From Eutreptiella sp. 'Long Island Sound 2002' (Eukaryota; Protista; Euglenida), in contig OZ038379.1 in the NCBI GenBank assembly GCA_964036045.1, forward strand, positions 12,772,001 through 12,836,000: 64,000 nucleotides of DNA. The letters are read 5' to 3'. The notes beneath the pieces are model-generated. The model was not told the DNA's origin. It made no database searches and saw nothing but the letters and a program-made list of their open reading frames with translations. Positions 25,610 to 37,725 of this stretch are shown in pieces. The number at the start of each line of letters is the position of its first letter. Position 1 is the stretch's first letter. Both the position numbers and the translations under genes were made by a program.

Positions 25610-26130
25610 GACGGGCCATGGGGGGTGCTCCTAGTCAGGACCCCAACCCAAGGGGGGGGGGGTTTACCCCCCCCCCCTCTACAGACCCCAAAATGGTTGT
25701 ACGGAACAATGGGTTTTGTGGGCGCCGGAGAATTTGTTTAAGGCATACTGCAGGGGTAAATTTTTTTGTTTGACCCTATGTGTCTATACTCAAAATACTC
25801 AGAATTTTGTGGAGAATTCAAAAATGGATGAAAAACACAAAAAAGGATTTTGACCCCGACCCGACCTCTGGGTCGGACCTTGGCTGATGGGAGCCTGAGT
25901 TGATGGGCAAATTTTTCTTGAAAAAATTTTTTACCCCATTTGTGTATATTCAAAATGATCAGCGTGTCATAGGGATCATTTTGAGGTATGTATTTTGGGG
26001 TACCCACCGACCCCCCCCCCCCCCCGAGGAGCCCGGCGGCTGACCGCCCGACCCGCCGACCCCCAAGGTTTGGGTCAACCAGGGGGGGCGGGGGGGGCTC
26101 CCCCCCCCCCTTGGTTGACCCACTTGAACT
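25610..26130. mobile_element. AT-rich MITE-like dispersed repeat, related to about 48620-49030
   Basis: CCATTTGT(G/C)TATATTCAAAATG(A/T)TCAG is shared (about 25937 and 48883); poly-G/C ends; 10 bp inverted repeat GGGTCAACCA/TGGTTGACCC; termini not resolved. Confidence 0.5.
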
Positions 26131-26565
26131 GAGAGGTGCCATCCTCGGGGGAGTGGGTAACGAACTCCTGCACTGATTATCCATGATTCAGATCACATGG
26201 TCCTCGGAATGATAACGATGGTCCGCTGGACCTGGAGAACGCCGAGGATGTCATTTCATCCCATACCTCATGGAAGGTGACGGGTGTTGGCAGCAGATAG
26301 GGCCCAAACCATAGCGAGAAAGGGACGAAATGCGCTTTTTGGTGGTGGGTGTTGGTAGGCGATGGTGTTTGGTAGAAGCACCCGCCTTTGCCATATCATA
26401 TATGTGGCATGGCACATTCAGTGCGTGCCCAAGCGGAAGGCAGGGGTAGATGTTCCCATGCCCCTTGTTCCAACACGCAAAGCACCGCTGCAGGAGTCAG
26501 CACAGAAGCATACGAGCCCGCACCACGCTCCGTGGAGCCATGTCAGCTGTGGGAGGGCAAAGCAA

Positions 26566-26566
<1 letters not shown>

Positions 26567-26613
<47 letters not shown>

Positions 26614-26662
26614 ACACACACGCACACATACACACACACGCACGCACGCACGCACACGCAGA

Positions 26663-26706
<44 letters not shown>

Positions 26707-26711
26707 CACAC
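26567..26711. repeat. (CA)n/(CACG)n compound microsatellite
   Basis: Direct. Confidence 0.98.
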
Positions 26712-26779
26712 TGCACTGAAGCACCGCTGGGATACACAGCTAGCGCCATTGACCGGCCTCAATTTGGCAGTGCACCAAA

Positions 26780-27120
26780 GAATACACTGCCCACTACCCC
26801 CCCTTGCAGTGTGGCAGTCAGCTGAAGAATGCCCACTGCACCCCTGTGCAGAAGAATAACATTGTCCACTACCCCCCCCTGCAGTTTCCCAGTGCACTGA
26901 AGTATATCACTACGTACTAACCCCCTGGCAGTGTAGCAGTGTGCAGAAGGATACCACTGCCCACTGCCCCCTTGCAGTTCGGCAGTGCACTGAAGAAGAC
27001 CACTGCCCACTGCACGCCAGCAGTGTGGCAGTCTGCTGAATGGTACCACTGCCCACCTCACCCCTGAAGAGTGGCAGTGTAATGCAGGATACCACTGCCC
27101 ATGGCACCCCTGCAGTCTGG
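26780..27120. repeat. Degenerate ~45-50 bp minisatellite (CCACTGCCCAC...GCAGT...GAAG), ~7 copies
   Basis: ACCACTGCCCAC recurs. Confidence 0.75.
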
Positions 27121-27565
27121 CCATGCAATATGAAGGCCTCATACAGGGGTCCTAGGCAGGCGGACTAGCCAACTGTGACAGGCTCTCGCCAAACCTGAAC
27201 CCAACTCCCCCTCCCCACACACTCACATACACACATAAACGCACTTGTGCTGCCTTGCACGGAGGTTCAATGCCAAGAGAAGTGAGTGCTGTAGGGAATA
27301 GGCAGTTGGCAGGGGAATTGGCGAATTGCACCCGCACAACAAGGGGAGAAACAGGACGTTTCCCAATCAAAAACCCAAGGAGCAAAACCATTGAAGCATG
27401 AGAAAAACAAAACCTGAAGGAAGGCATCGGCTTCGTACGTCAGACTGTACCATAGGGACCCTGAGAACGGGTCGTTTGTAGACCAAGGCACCAAGGTAGG
27501 GCGCTTTGTGCTGCCACTCATCACAACTGCTTTGTATCCGACCGAGCGGTGTTGCTTGCTCTCAG

Positions 27566-27647
27566 GAAATCGGGCCGTCACCGCTTGGGCATCGGGCGAT
27601 TGTCAGTCTGCCTTCATCCCCCTCCATCCGCAGTACCCTCAATCGAG
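27566..27647 (+). CDS. Carbamoyltransferase-like exon 9
   Basis: ctcag|GAA ... CGA G|gtattg, phase 0-1; GRQ-EIGPSPLGHRAIVSLP matches GRxExGPRALGxRSILAxP. Confidence 0.9.
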
Positions 27648-28125
27648 GTATTGTGCTCAGGGGTTGTTGGGGGAATGGAGGAGGAGGAGGGATCAGCTTA
27701 TGCTGTGGCCGATGTTCTGGGCACGGAAACTCGCGGGACCCCCTGTGACTCCTCCGTATGCCGTTCGCCTCCCGGGGGTACCCCTTGGGTTGGGGGGCTA
27801 CCCCTGTTGCTGTTTGCATAGATGTGCTGACCACAAACGACAGTCGGCTATCCACGGATCTAATGTGGGGCCCCTGTGCCGGGTGATCGGGCACGCGTTC
27901 CCTGAGACAGGGGGGGGGGGAAATTGAGGTCCGCAATTTTTCGCAATTTTCCGCAATTTCGCAATTTTTCGCAATTTTTCGCAATTTTCCGCAATTTTCC
28001 GCAATTTTTCCGCAATTTTTCACACTTCCTGATTTTCTGACTGCCTCCCCACGCTGGTGCAGAACAATGAGAATTTTTGTTTTTTACTATTCCATACACT
28101 CTCAAATGTTGCAAAGTCCCCAGAA

Positions 28126-28196
28126 CCTGGCATAGCTCCGTTGGTAGTAGCGCTGCACTGTAATTCTGGGGTCCTGGGTTCAAATCCAGCTGGACA
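28126..28196 (+). other. tRNA-derived (Tyr-like, GTA loop) Pol III head inside the hAT element
   Basis: A-box TAGCTCCGTTGG, loop CTGTAAT, B-box GGTTCAAATCC, T6 at 28215; stems are broken. Confidence 0.6.
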
Positions 28197-28358
28197 CAAG
28201 ATAGTTACCTTCGCTTTTTTGGTCTTTTTACCTTCGCTTTTTTGGTCTTTTTCATGCCTGCATGTTTGCATGTTTGCATGTGCATGCCGCCCGCAGGACA
28301 GTTTGCTACGGGTCCCCCCATCAGGGGGGACCCTTTCAGTCAGTCACAGGCACGCGCT

Positions 28359-28673
28359 ATGGACCAGTACCCCCTGCTGGGCCTGTCCGATGTGCCAGAG
28401 ATTGCAGAGCACTGGAGCCTATACATCCGTTGCAATGTTGTTGATATAAATGGGCCAACTGCTTTGCAGGAATGGTGGCAATCTCGTGCCCCTTCACCGT
28501 TCCAAGAGAGGGTGCTGTTCTTGATTACGCAGCCCACTTCTGGTGGTGATGTGGAACGCTTTTTCTCACAGTGTGGGACAGTTTCAAAGCGGCAGCACAA
28601 ATTGGATGACAACATCCGCCGCCTTCGGTTCATGCTGCAATTCCACGGTGATATTGAGGGGCGCCTCCTGTAA
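28359..28673 (+). pseudogene. hAT transposase C-terminal dimerisation-domain remnant
   Basis: EWWQSR...LFLITQPTSGGDVERFFSQCGTV resembles WW...LLxxPxSSxxxERxFS. Confidence 0.8.
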
Positions 28674-29212
28674 TTGTACTGCCCATAGACTATTTGTTTC
28701 AGTGAAATTCTGAGAATTCTGAGCCACCTGTCCAGAGTTGTTGCACCTTGAGGGTTCAGGAGGGCCGCTTACGACATCGCAATTTTTCCGCAATTTTTCC
28801 GCAATTTTCCGCAATTTTTCGCAATTTTTCCGCAATTTTTCCGCAATTTTTCGCAATTGGATTCGACCCCCCCAGACCGCAATTTCCCCCCCCCCCTGCC
28901 TGAGATGCAGTGTAACATATTCGATCAGTGCCTGAGGCATAGTGTAACTGGTTACTGAGACACTGTGGAATAGAGTTGATCAGTGGCGGAGGCACAATGT
29001 GACAGAGCCGATCAGTACCGGAGGCACGGTGTGACAGAGCACATCTATGCCTGAGGTACAATGTGATTGGGTAAATCAGTGTCTGAGATACAGGGCAATA
29101 GAGCCGATCAGTGCCTGAGGCACAGTGTAACTAGATAGTCAATATTTGAGATGCAGTGGAACAGGGCCGATCAGTGCCGGAGGTACAATGCTTGGGAACT
29201 AGGAGTTGACAA

Positions 29213-29570
29213 AGGGCAGAGATGGGGGCTTTCCATAGCTGTACCGGCAACCTAGACCATACGTGCCATGAGGGCAGATCTCACCCGGAGCAGAGCACTG
29301 GTAAAGCAAAGAGAAGTGGGCCTGCAAAGTCCAAAGCAGAGCGTAGCAAAAGGGCGATAGCCTGTGAGAGGCCCCCCATCATGGGCCCAGAGGGCGGTTC
29401 CAAAGCTGAGCACATTATAAGGGTAAGCTCTGTGCCCTGTTACATTCTGAAGCAGAGCAGGGCAGAGATGGGGGCTTTCCATAGCCGTACCTGCAACCCA
29501 GACCATATGTGCCCCGACGGCAGATCTCACCTGGAGCAGAGCACAGGCAAAGCAAAGAGAAGTGAGCCTT
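29213..29570. repeat. ~110 bp direct duplication (29213-29330 / 29460-29570)
   Basis: AGGGCAGAGATGGGGGCTTTCCATAGC...GGCAGATCTCACC...AAAGCAAAGAGAAGTG occurs twice. Confidence 0.8.
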
Positions 29571-30089
29571 CAAGGGATGCGTGCACAAAGCAATAGAGTA
29601 GGACACAAAAAGGGCCACAGAAATCAAAGCAGCATAAAGTGACTCAGTCATAATGAGAACCTCGTGTCGGAGGAAACAGGCCCCTGCCCAAGATGGGAAC
29701 ACATCGTAATTAGTGAGTTGGAGATACGTTTGTTTCCTTGTTTCTCTGAAGTTGCTTATAGGCCAATGCACGAGACTTGGCCGACAAAACCAGCCGGAGG
29801 AGACTCCCACCCGCTCCCCCGTTGCTTCCTACTCTGAGACCCAGCAGGAACACAAGGGGGGTGGGGAACTGGTAGTGCCTCGGATGAAATCGTGTATGAT
29901 GGGGGGTGGGTCCCCATCCAACGTCTTGGCCCACTCCGGGACCCCCCCTTTTCCAGTCTGTTCACGGTGTCCCGTTGTCCACCGGGCCCCCACACCACGA
30001 CAAGGTCACCGGCCCCAGGGTCTAGGAGGGCATGGAGGAGGAATGGGGGCATTCCCATGGGCGGTTGAGGTTGATGCAGGGGAGTGAAA

Positions 30090-31295
30090 CAGATTGGACC
30101 GCGTTGACCATCGGTTGTGCGGGAGACTGAGATGCTTTTGGACGACTTTGGACATTGGGGCACGCCCTCGGACAAGAAACCCGAAGGGGCTGCAGAATTT
30201 TCAAGGCAAAGGGGGGAGGCAAAATGCCTGCCGATTGCAACCCACCAGCGATGGGTACCACAGGCAGTTGCTGATTCCTCGGCTGACCGTATCTCAGTGC
30301 ACTGCGTTCCAAGGCTCGTGGCAGGGCAAGTACAGGGAACAGGCGTGGGAACACCTGCCCACTGCGCTGCTATGTGCACATGGGTCATGACCCTTGGAAT
30401 GCACAAAAGACAGGGTCATGAGCAGTGCACAGAGGCTTGTGTGACACAGGACCAAGGAGTTCCGCCCCCCCCCATCCCCCCACAGCCCCCCCACGGCCTC
30501 CCACGGCCCCCCATGCCCCCCCCCCCCCCCAACTCGGGCCGCTGAGTGCGCAGACCCTCAGGGAACGCTTTCCTTGCGGCGCCTGTGGTGCACCCTGCGG
30601 TGCGCAGTTTGGGTAATTATACCAGAATATAGGCGGAATAGTGCCGCATGCATACACACATTTGTTACACACCGTTCCCCCCCCACACCATTTTTTTCTG
30701 CTAATTGATTGTACATTCCCCTTTTTGGGCCTCTATCTTTCACACATGGTGCATTTGATTCCGTATGATATTGATCTGTGATGGGCACTCTTTCATTCGA
30801 GGCCGTGGAGAGCATATGTTTGCCCAATTGTACACTTAGGCTGTGTGCCGTGAGCCGTGCACCAAGTTGGGGATGAACTGGGAGGAGCGCATCCTACGAC
30901 TCCATTGGATGATCCATGCTGTGGTTCACACCCAGCATTTCATCAACAAGCACAATCTCAAGTGCAAGCCGTATGGTCCATGGGGTCATTTTCTTGGACA
31001 GTGTACACTAAAGCTAATTACCCTTTCCCTGCGGCGCGCCTGCGACGCGCAAGAAGCGTTCCCTCAGCCCACGCACGGAACCGTTGGGAGCCTCCTGCCC
31101 TGTGGCACCAGGAGTACACTCACTGGCAACACCCGCAGGCAAAGTGCGTGGAAATGCTGCCCCCCACCGATGATGGTGATTTGGGGACCCTCTGATCTGT
31201 GCTGCACTTTCTCACATCATTTGTGGTGGAGGGCACCTTCCAAACATCGGTGTTTGGGAATGACTGAATGTGAAGCCTGTCAGCACCTACAATGA
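30090..31295 (+). pseudogene. Possible degraded DDE transposase remnant (weak Transib/RAG1-like resemblance)
   Basis: LHWMIHAVVHTQHFINKH...WGHFLGQCT(E/K)AN across a frameshift resembles the H..l.H...I...G...Q..E..N pattern; Cys-rich C-terminus; frame is broken. Confidence 0.3.
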
Positions 31296-31394
31296 GAACA
31301 TATCGTCCTTTTTGGGGGGGCTATTTCCTTCCAGTTGATACACTCTCTAGCACAGATGCTAAAGAAGGAACTTGATTGCATATTTTTAGCCCCC

Positions 31395-33250
31395 AACCCT
31401 CCCCCAGACTAGTGCTCTCTTTCATGGAATAAAATGCAGTATGAGCCCCATCTTCATGCTTAGTGCACGACAGTGCTTGCAATGCGTCACCTCTCTTGGC
31501 ATGGATTCAGCTGGATTTACGCCAGACATGACATCTTGACGCTGGATTGCACCGGTTTGAGGACGGCAAACATTCACGGCGGCAGGAACATGGGCACATG
31601 TGACAAAGCATGCAAATCGCACTCAAGGAAGAGCGACGCTGACAAATAATTTGATACCGTACGGCAAAGACCTTTCCGGTCTGCTTAGGAGCTTCTTTCA
31701 GGCATGGTACACATGTCCGTTGTGATGGAGTGTTGCATGGGGGGAGGAGGGGGGGGGTACGGCAGGGGTTTCCCGGCCATTTGTCTTCTCCACTGCCTTC
31801 CCCCATGCAGCCAAAAAAAGCATGAGGACGGCAAACACAACTGCTCTTCCAGACTGTGGGTTCAGAAGTGCCATGTCATACGAAAGATACGGCACCGGCT
31901 ACTGGGTGTACACACGGCACTCCGCCTGTATGGAACCCCCTCCCCCAAGTTCCCCAATGACTGGAAGGACGACCGGGGGGTGATTGGGGTTGTGAAGCGG
32001 AGGTGGGGGCATCAAAAGGGGCCGAGGCTGTCAGGAGGAGGAGATGTTGTTGCCCAAATGTCCCATTCTTTGTCGTTTAACAGCCCATAGCCGCCTGCTT
32101 GCATGGTCTGCAACAGTGGCAGCTCAGGGGCCCCCTGCTGTCTGCGGCTCAACCCCAACTTGTGGCGGTCCTAGGGCCACGCTCTGCAGGAGTGTCTACT
32201 TGGCACGCACCGACCACGCAACTTCTGTGCAAGTGTTCTGGACAAACCGTTGCGTTGGCGCTGGCCATTTGGGGGTTTCACGATGGATATGCACTGGACA
32301 GAGATTTGCTGATGCTAGACATGCCCTGGACATGCCTTTTTGGCCCACAACCCTCCCCCAGACTAGTGCTCTCTTTCATGGAATGAAATTCAGTCTGAGC
32401 CCCATCTTCATGCTTTGGTGCATGACGGTGTGATTGCAATGCTTCACCTCTCTTGGCATGGCTTGCGCTGGATATACGCCAGACATGACATTTTGACACT
32501 GGATTGCAACGGTCTGTGCGGCGCAAACACAACTGCTCTTGTAGACTGTAGGTCCAAATGTACCATGCATGAAAGAAGGTCCCAAGCAGACCAGAAATTT
32601 TATCACCTGCTTCTTCCTCTAGTACTCAACCATCAGACCTGCCTCCAAGTGGTTTACCGTAATAGTCAGAGGCACCTTCTGCTCCGTCTGCTACTTTTTC
32701 GGATGCACCAACTAAAGGACCTCCGTCTTCCGCTCCCTTTGGAGCCCCATCAAGTGCTCCTTCATCCGCCCCTACTGACCATATAGATCTGTGTATACGG
32801 TTATATTTTGATTGTTTCAACAGATTTTCATTTCACATTGCACAATCCAAGTGTTGTGCTCTTTTTTCTCGGGGAGCATGGCCGCTTTAGCTCAGTTGGG
32901 AGCTTCAGACTAAAGATCTGAAGATCCCTGGTTCGATAACGGGAGGTGGCATCACTCAGAGTAGCTCAGTTGGTATAAGCAGACCCGAAAGGCCTTGCCG
33001 TACGGTATCAAATTATTCGACAGCGTCGCTGTTCCTTCAGTCACAATTTTTTTGGCTGCATGGGGGAAGATAGGGGAGGAAACAAATGGCCGGGAAACCC
33101 CTGCCGTACCTCCCCCTTCCCCCCCCATGCGACACTCCCTCACAACGGACCTCGACCAACATGTGTCATATGAAAGGGCACCAGCCACTGGGTGTACAAA
33201 CGGTACCCCGCTCGCCTGTATAGAACCCCCTCCCCCAAGTTCCCCAATGC
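31395..33250. repeat. Cluster of direct and inverted duplications
   Basis: Direct: 31395-31572 vs 32351-32528, and 31875-31958 vs 33163-33249. Inverted: 31632-31686 vs 32977-33030, and 31757-31819 vs 33047-33112. Confidence 0.8.
32881..32951 (+). pseudogene. tRNA-Phe pseudogene (anticodon AAA instead of GAA)
   Basis: GCCGCTT/AGGTGGC acceptor stem, TTCAGA-CTAAAGA-TCTGAA anticodon arm, GGTTCGAT; 2 nt missing from the D arm and T stem mispaired; a second A-box (TAGCTCAGTTGG) at 32962. Confidence 0.8.
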
Positions 33251-34861
33251 CCCCCCCCCCCCCCACCCCGCCACTTGGGCGACCTCGCTACTTCCATTAG
33301 CTCACCTTGGCTCACTTGAATTACCGCCCCCGCTCCCCTCTTCCCCTCGTTTAGACGGGCTTGGACGTTGGTTAGTGGGTGTTGGTGGTGGTGCTCCTGG
33401 TCTTATCAGCAGGTTTTTGAAAACCAGGGCAAGCCCCCCCCCCCCAGCCCAGTCGGCCCATTTTTAAGCCACCACAAAGTGAGGGTGCCGGCCGTGGGCT
33501 GTTTTCCCCTTTCCGGGGACCAGGAAAATGGCCCAAAGAATGCATGGTCAGAGCAGTGTCGACCTGTGCGATCATGCAGGAGGGTCCGCAATGAAAAGCA
33601 CCACCCGATGACTGTATAACCAGAGCGGCAGCAACCGGTGCGGTTATGCAATAGGGTGCACACAAGTCACCCCCTATTTTCCCCTGCAGAAGCAACCAAA
33701 ACCAACAACACCGACACGAGGTGCGCAGCGTAAAACAAACGTAAATAAGCAATAGGACACCGCGGCAACAGATGGCAGATACAGAAGGACCCATGGACTG
33801 CATCACTGCCCATGCCCGGGAAGAGACCAAGGACATTACCCAGCATGTAGCAGTTCAGAGGATGATGCTATGCCGCCAAGTCCATGAAGTGTCCGGGTGG
33901 TATCCTCTGCCCAAGTACGTATCCAGCAGTTGTCAGATACAGGCCCAGTGTCAGAGGGCATCGCTGCAGGCCCAGCATTCGAGGGCATCAATACGGGCCC
34001 AGCATTAAAGGGCATAGGTGTAGACCGAACACAAGACGGACAATAGAGAGGACAGACCAAGAACAGAGCATGCTGCGAACGCATACGCAAAAGCACACGT
34101 GGGGCGCAGCGAGGAGGAAAACGGGGGTGGGGGCACACAAAAGGAGGAAAACAGCGCAATAGGAGCCGGAGAACCTAGCAGTTGAAACCCAAAAGGGGTT
34201 TGCTGTTCAGGGGAGGACGTCCAATTTAGGACACACATTCAAACACTGGAGCACAGAGCAAAGCGGACACAACACGTGCGGTCACAGTGTCAGAGCCAAT
34301 GAACCTGGTGGTTAGATCTCCCCAGTGACCGGGAAGTGCGTCACACAGGGGAGGACGTCCATGCCCAGAGATCTGTAAGACTGCCATTGCACAGGCAATG
34401 GGTTTTATAGTGAGGGACAGTCATTGCAGTGTCCCATGATGCGGGATGTTTCTGGTTTCGGCCGGCCTGGGACTGGGCAGTTGAAACACAGCCAGTGTGG
34501 GACAACCCGCTTTCCTTTCCCCGACTAGGCCCAGAATACGGACGGTCATGCGGGTGGGTGAGCGGCTTGATACCCACTGTGAGTCTCCACAGTGGGCCAG
34601 GTTAACCGCAACAGTCCCCTAGATAAGTGCAAGGCGGAGCACTGAGGGTCTGTCCAGACAGCGTCACGTCACCCTGCTGGACTGGGTGAACAGGCAATCC
34701 TGAGTCACCGATCCTCCTCCTCCTCCTCCTCCTCCTCCTCCCAGCGACTGGTCTTGGCCCCCTGTCCGCATCCCCTACCCCTGGTTAGACCCCCCATGCC
34801 CCGCGATCGGTCTGCAGTTGAGGTAGTGCTCCAAGTGGCATTTCCCTCTGTACCCCCGCAG

Positions 34862-34971
34862 AATTGCGGCGCAAGTGGTTCACTACGCTGCCGACGCTTG
34901 TGAGAGCCGAGCAATCCCCGTCGGTGATGCGAGACGCAGTGCTGTCCCCCTTCGGATGGTTTGCCCCAAAG
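34862..34971 (+). CDS. Carbamoyltransferase-like exon 10 (GC donor)
   Basis: ccgcag|AA TTG ... AAG|gcatgc, phase 1-0; ELRRKWFTTLPTLVRAE...SPFGWFA aligns to KxRExFRPFAPxVxxE...SPFMxFA. Confidence 0.82.
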
Positions 34972-35685
34972 GCATGCCTCTGCTGTATTCTGCTGCCGCG
35001 CTGCCCTCTCTACCTGAAGTGCACCCTCCCTCACTCCTGCGGATTGCCCCGCATGCGCTCCTTTGGTATGGTCGCATTAGGTCTGGGTAAGGGCGGCTGA
35101 TGCGACAGTCTGCAGCTTCAGGTCCTTTGGTTCAGCTCAACGGTGAGCTCAGCTAGGCTCATGCAGTCATCGCCTGAAGCCTAAAGCTCCTTGTCTGCCT
35201 GGGGTCTAATGGAGGACGTGTGCCCACTACCTTTTCGATCGGTAGCCGACATGGAGAAGGCGCCCGGGCGCTGCACAGATCAAAGTAGCGCCCGGTAATG
35301 CACGCATCTGAAGTTTGGGGGGGCGGGGTCGCAACGAAACTCCCCGCGCCTCCTTCCTGGAGCTGCCGGCCGACTTCGGGTTGCCCGATGGTGATGGGGC
35401 GCAACTACAGAGGCACCGCGCCCAACACCGCCCTTCTGGAGGCTCGAGAAAACCGCGCGCACGCCGCTTGCTCCCTCAAGCTGCGAAACCAACTTTGAGG
35501 GGAGGGAGCGCTAGAGAGTGGTATTTGTAGCAGCCGACTTTGCTCAAGTGTCATCGTGTGTGTGGCTTATGGGTCGTGGTTGGGGAGCTATAGTCCGGAA
35601 GTTCATAGACGGGGAGTTTTTCCGGCTTAAATATCATGAGTCAGGGCCCGTTCTTGAGCAACTTTCACGAAGGACAGCCCCTTGA

Positions 35686-35775
35686 GGACGGATCTCTAGG
35701 CCAGCGGTTGTGTTACTGCCAACCGCCGGGGGTTGCGCGCCAGCCACTGGCTGTTACTGGCCCAAATTTTCGTCC
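35686..35775. mobile_element. Possible ~90 bp MITE with GG..CC termini and TTAA-type flanks (Kolobok-like)
   Basis: TTGA|GGACG ... CGTCC|TTAA; a similar end CTTAAGGAC lies at about 63988. Confidence 0.3.
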
Positions 35776-36015
35776 TTAAGCACCGACTGCGGGTGAAGGG
35801 TCGCATTTCCTCTCTTTACTTGCATTACCCGGCGCTACTTTGATCTGTGCAGCGCCCGGGTGCCTTCTCCATGTCGGTGTGCGCGTGTACGCGGTGAAGT
35901 ACAAATCGACGAGATCCCCCCGCCCCCTCCGCTGTGTTAAGGAGCGCCCGGGGGGTTGTGTATGGGACTGCGCTTGCTCGTCTCGTTGTGTCGGGCTTCG
36001 GCCCGGGTCCGGCAA

Positions 36016-36148
36016 TGCCCCTGCCCCTGCCCATGCCCCTGCCCATGCCCATGCCCATGCCCCTGCCCATGCCCATGCCCATGTCCATGCCCATGCCCAT
36101 GCCCCTGCCCCTTCCAATGCCCCTGCCTATGCCCATGCCCATGCCATG
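36016..36148. repeat. (GCCCAT/GCCCCT)n hexamer repeat just upstream of exon 11
   Basis: Direct. Confidence 0.95.
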
Positions 36149-36197
36149 GCCCCGTGCCCTTGTTTGTGATTTGCGCGCGACACGCACGTCCCCTCAG

Positions 36198-36400
36198 GTA
36201 CTGGACACTGCGAAGGACCTGGCGGCCGGTCTTGTGCACAGCGACGGGCACGCGTGTTTGCAGTCGGTCTCGGCGGACGTGGACCCGTGGCTGAACGAAG
36301 TGCTGGAGGCCCTTGAGGCCCGCTCTGGACGGCCGGCGGTGCTGACGGCCGTGCCCTGGAAAGGCACTAAGATATCGGAATCGCTGCTGAATGGGTTCAG
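36198..36400 (+). CDS. Carbamoyltransferase-like exon 11
   Basis: ctcag|GTA ... TTC AG|gtccat, phase 0-2; [14 protein letters not shown]...WLNEVL...SGRPAVL aligns to AVxHxDGTARxQTV...LL...TGxPxLL. Confidence 0.9.
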
Positions 36401-36940
36401 GTCCATCGTTGTGTCAGGGACGGCACAGGGGCGCAGCCACGCTTCTGCCCCCGGGATTCGGGGGTCAAGCAGCCCCTCCTCCGGGGCACAGGATAGTGCC
36501 GCTTGGCCCAGACCTTCGGGCCACCGTTTCCCCCAACTTGGGGACCCTGAGACGGCGGGGGTTGTGTAGCCACTTTGCCGCCCCCCCCCCCCCCCCACAA
36601 GGTCCAGGGTGCGGACCAGCCGGGTATAGACGTGCTGAGCCGGGATTCCCGTGGCTTCTGCCACCCGCCCGATTGGTCCGGCTGTTCTGAAAAACGGGGT
36701 CGGGCTGTTGAGGTTTGGTCGTGCCGCAGTCCGGCAGTGTTTTCGTCGGTTGCGTCCAACATCGAGGGCGGTGTGATGCGTCGTGTCAGAGGCACCGGAT
36801 TTCGTGGCACAACAGCTCCCGCAATGTCTTGGCCCCGCGCACCTGCACTGGGCCGCCGGGGCGTGAAAGGGGCTCCATGCGGATGGTCCGGGCTGAGCCC
36901 TTGGGCCCCTTCCTCCGCCTCCCGCCGGTGTTGTGTGCAG

Positions 36941-37057
36941 GCAGGCGCTCGCTCATTTGGCAGACAGTCCGCTGCTTGACTGTGCCGTGCTCGGGGGTTA
37001 CCTGGTCACGAAAGCTCAGGCAAGAAATACGACACTGAGCCGGATGCCCCTGCGCAG
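36941..37057 (+). CDS. Carbamoyltransferase-like exon 12
   Basis: gtgcag|G CAG ... CGC AG|gtgtgt, phase 2-2; ALAHLADSPLLDCAVLGGYLVTK resembles the family C-terminal strand (LDxLVLGxYLVxK). Confidence 0.82.
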
Positions 37058-37725
37058 GTGTGTGCCCCATGCCTCCGCACAGTGCGGGCCATGCGAGCCG
37101 GCAGCGTGCACTGGTGGTGTGTGCTCGTGATGGCTTTGTGGCCCCGCGGTGCATGACGGGTGTTGTTGACCCCCGGGACCACAACACTCCTCAGAAACCT
37201 CGCGCATGTCGGTTGTGTACTGTGTACCGCGAAGTATTGGAAGTGGACTGTTGGCGGATTGATGGCGTACCGGTAGTGTACTGGTATCGTACCGGGGGAG
37301 TGTACTGAGTGCCGTACCGCATTGGAAGTGTGCCGGGGCTGCAGTAGTGTTGGACTGGGACTGTACTGGTCGTGCACTGGCGGTGCTGGCAATGGTGTGG
37401 CAATGTGCTGGTGGCGCACTGGTCGTATATTGGTAGTGTACTGGGGCTGTACTGATCGTGTGCCGGTCGTGTGCCGGGCGTGTGCTGGCAACGTGTTTGC
37501 CGTGCGATGCCAACTGATCGGGGGTGTACTGGCAGTGTCAAGAGCATGTCGCTTTTGACGGAGACGGGCTGACACTCACCTCCGGGTGCCTTTGACCGCA
37601 AGCTCCCGAGACATTGAAACGCTTTGAGTGCCTGGAGCACTTGGGCCTGCCCTGCTTCGAGTAGGCCCCCTGACCCCGGCAGTGCACCGGCGCTCGCCGC
37701 CGTCCTCACGCATTTCTGCGCACAG

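Larger units (their letters stand above)
27908..28898 (+). mobile_element. Non-autonomous hAT-type DNA transposon, ~990 bp
   Basis: TIRs CAG-Gn-AAATTG(A/C)GGTC; CCTGAGA flanks both ends (7 bp, probably an eroded 8 bp TSD); subterminal (CGCAATTTT(T)C)n arrays at 27932-28020 and 28775-28857; internal hAT dimerisation remnant. Confidence 0.85.

Noticed and set aside
26362-26897. His/Thr- or Cys/Val-repeat ORFs (also at 35776-36569, 55656-56246, 61296-61652, 62862-63197)
   Set aside because: Translations of microsatellites.
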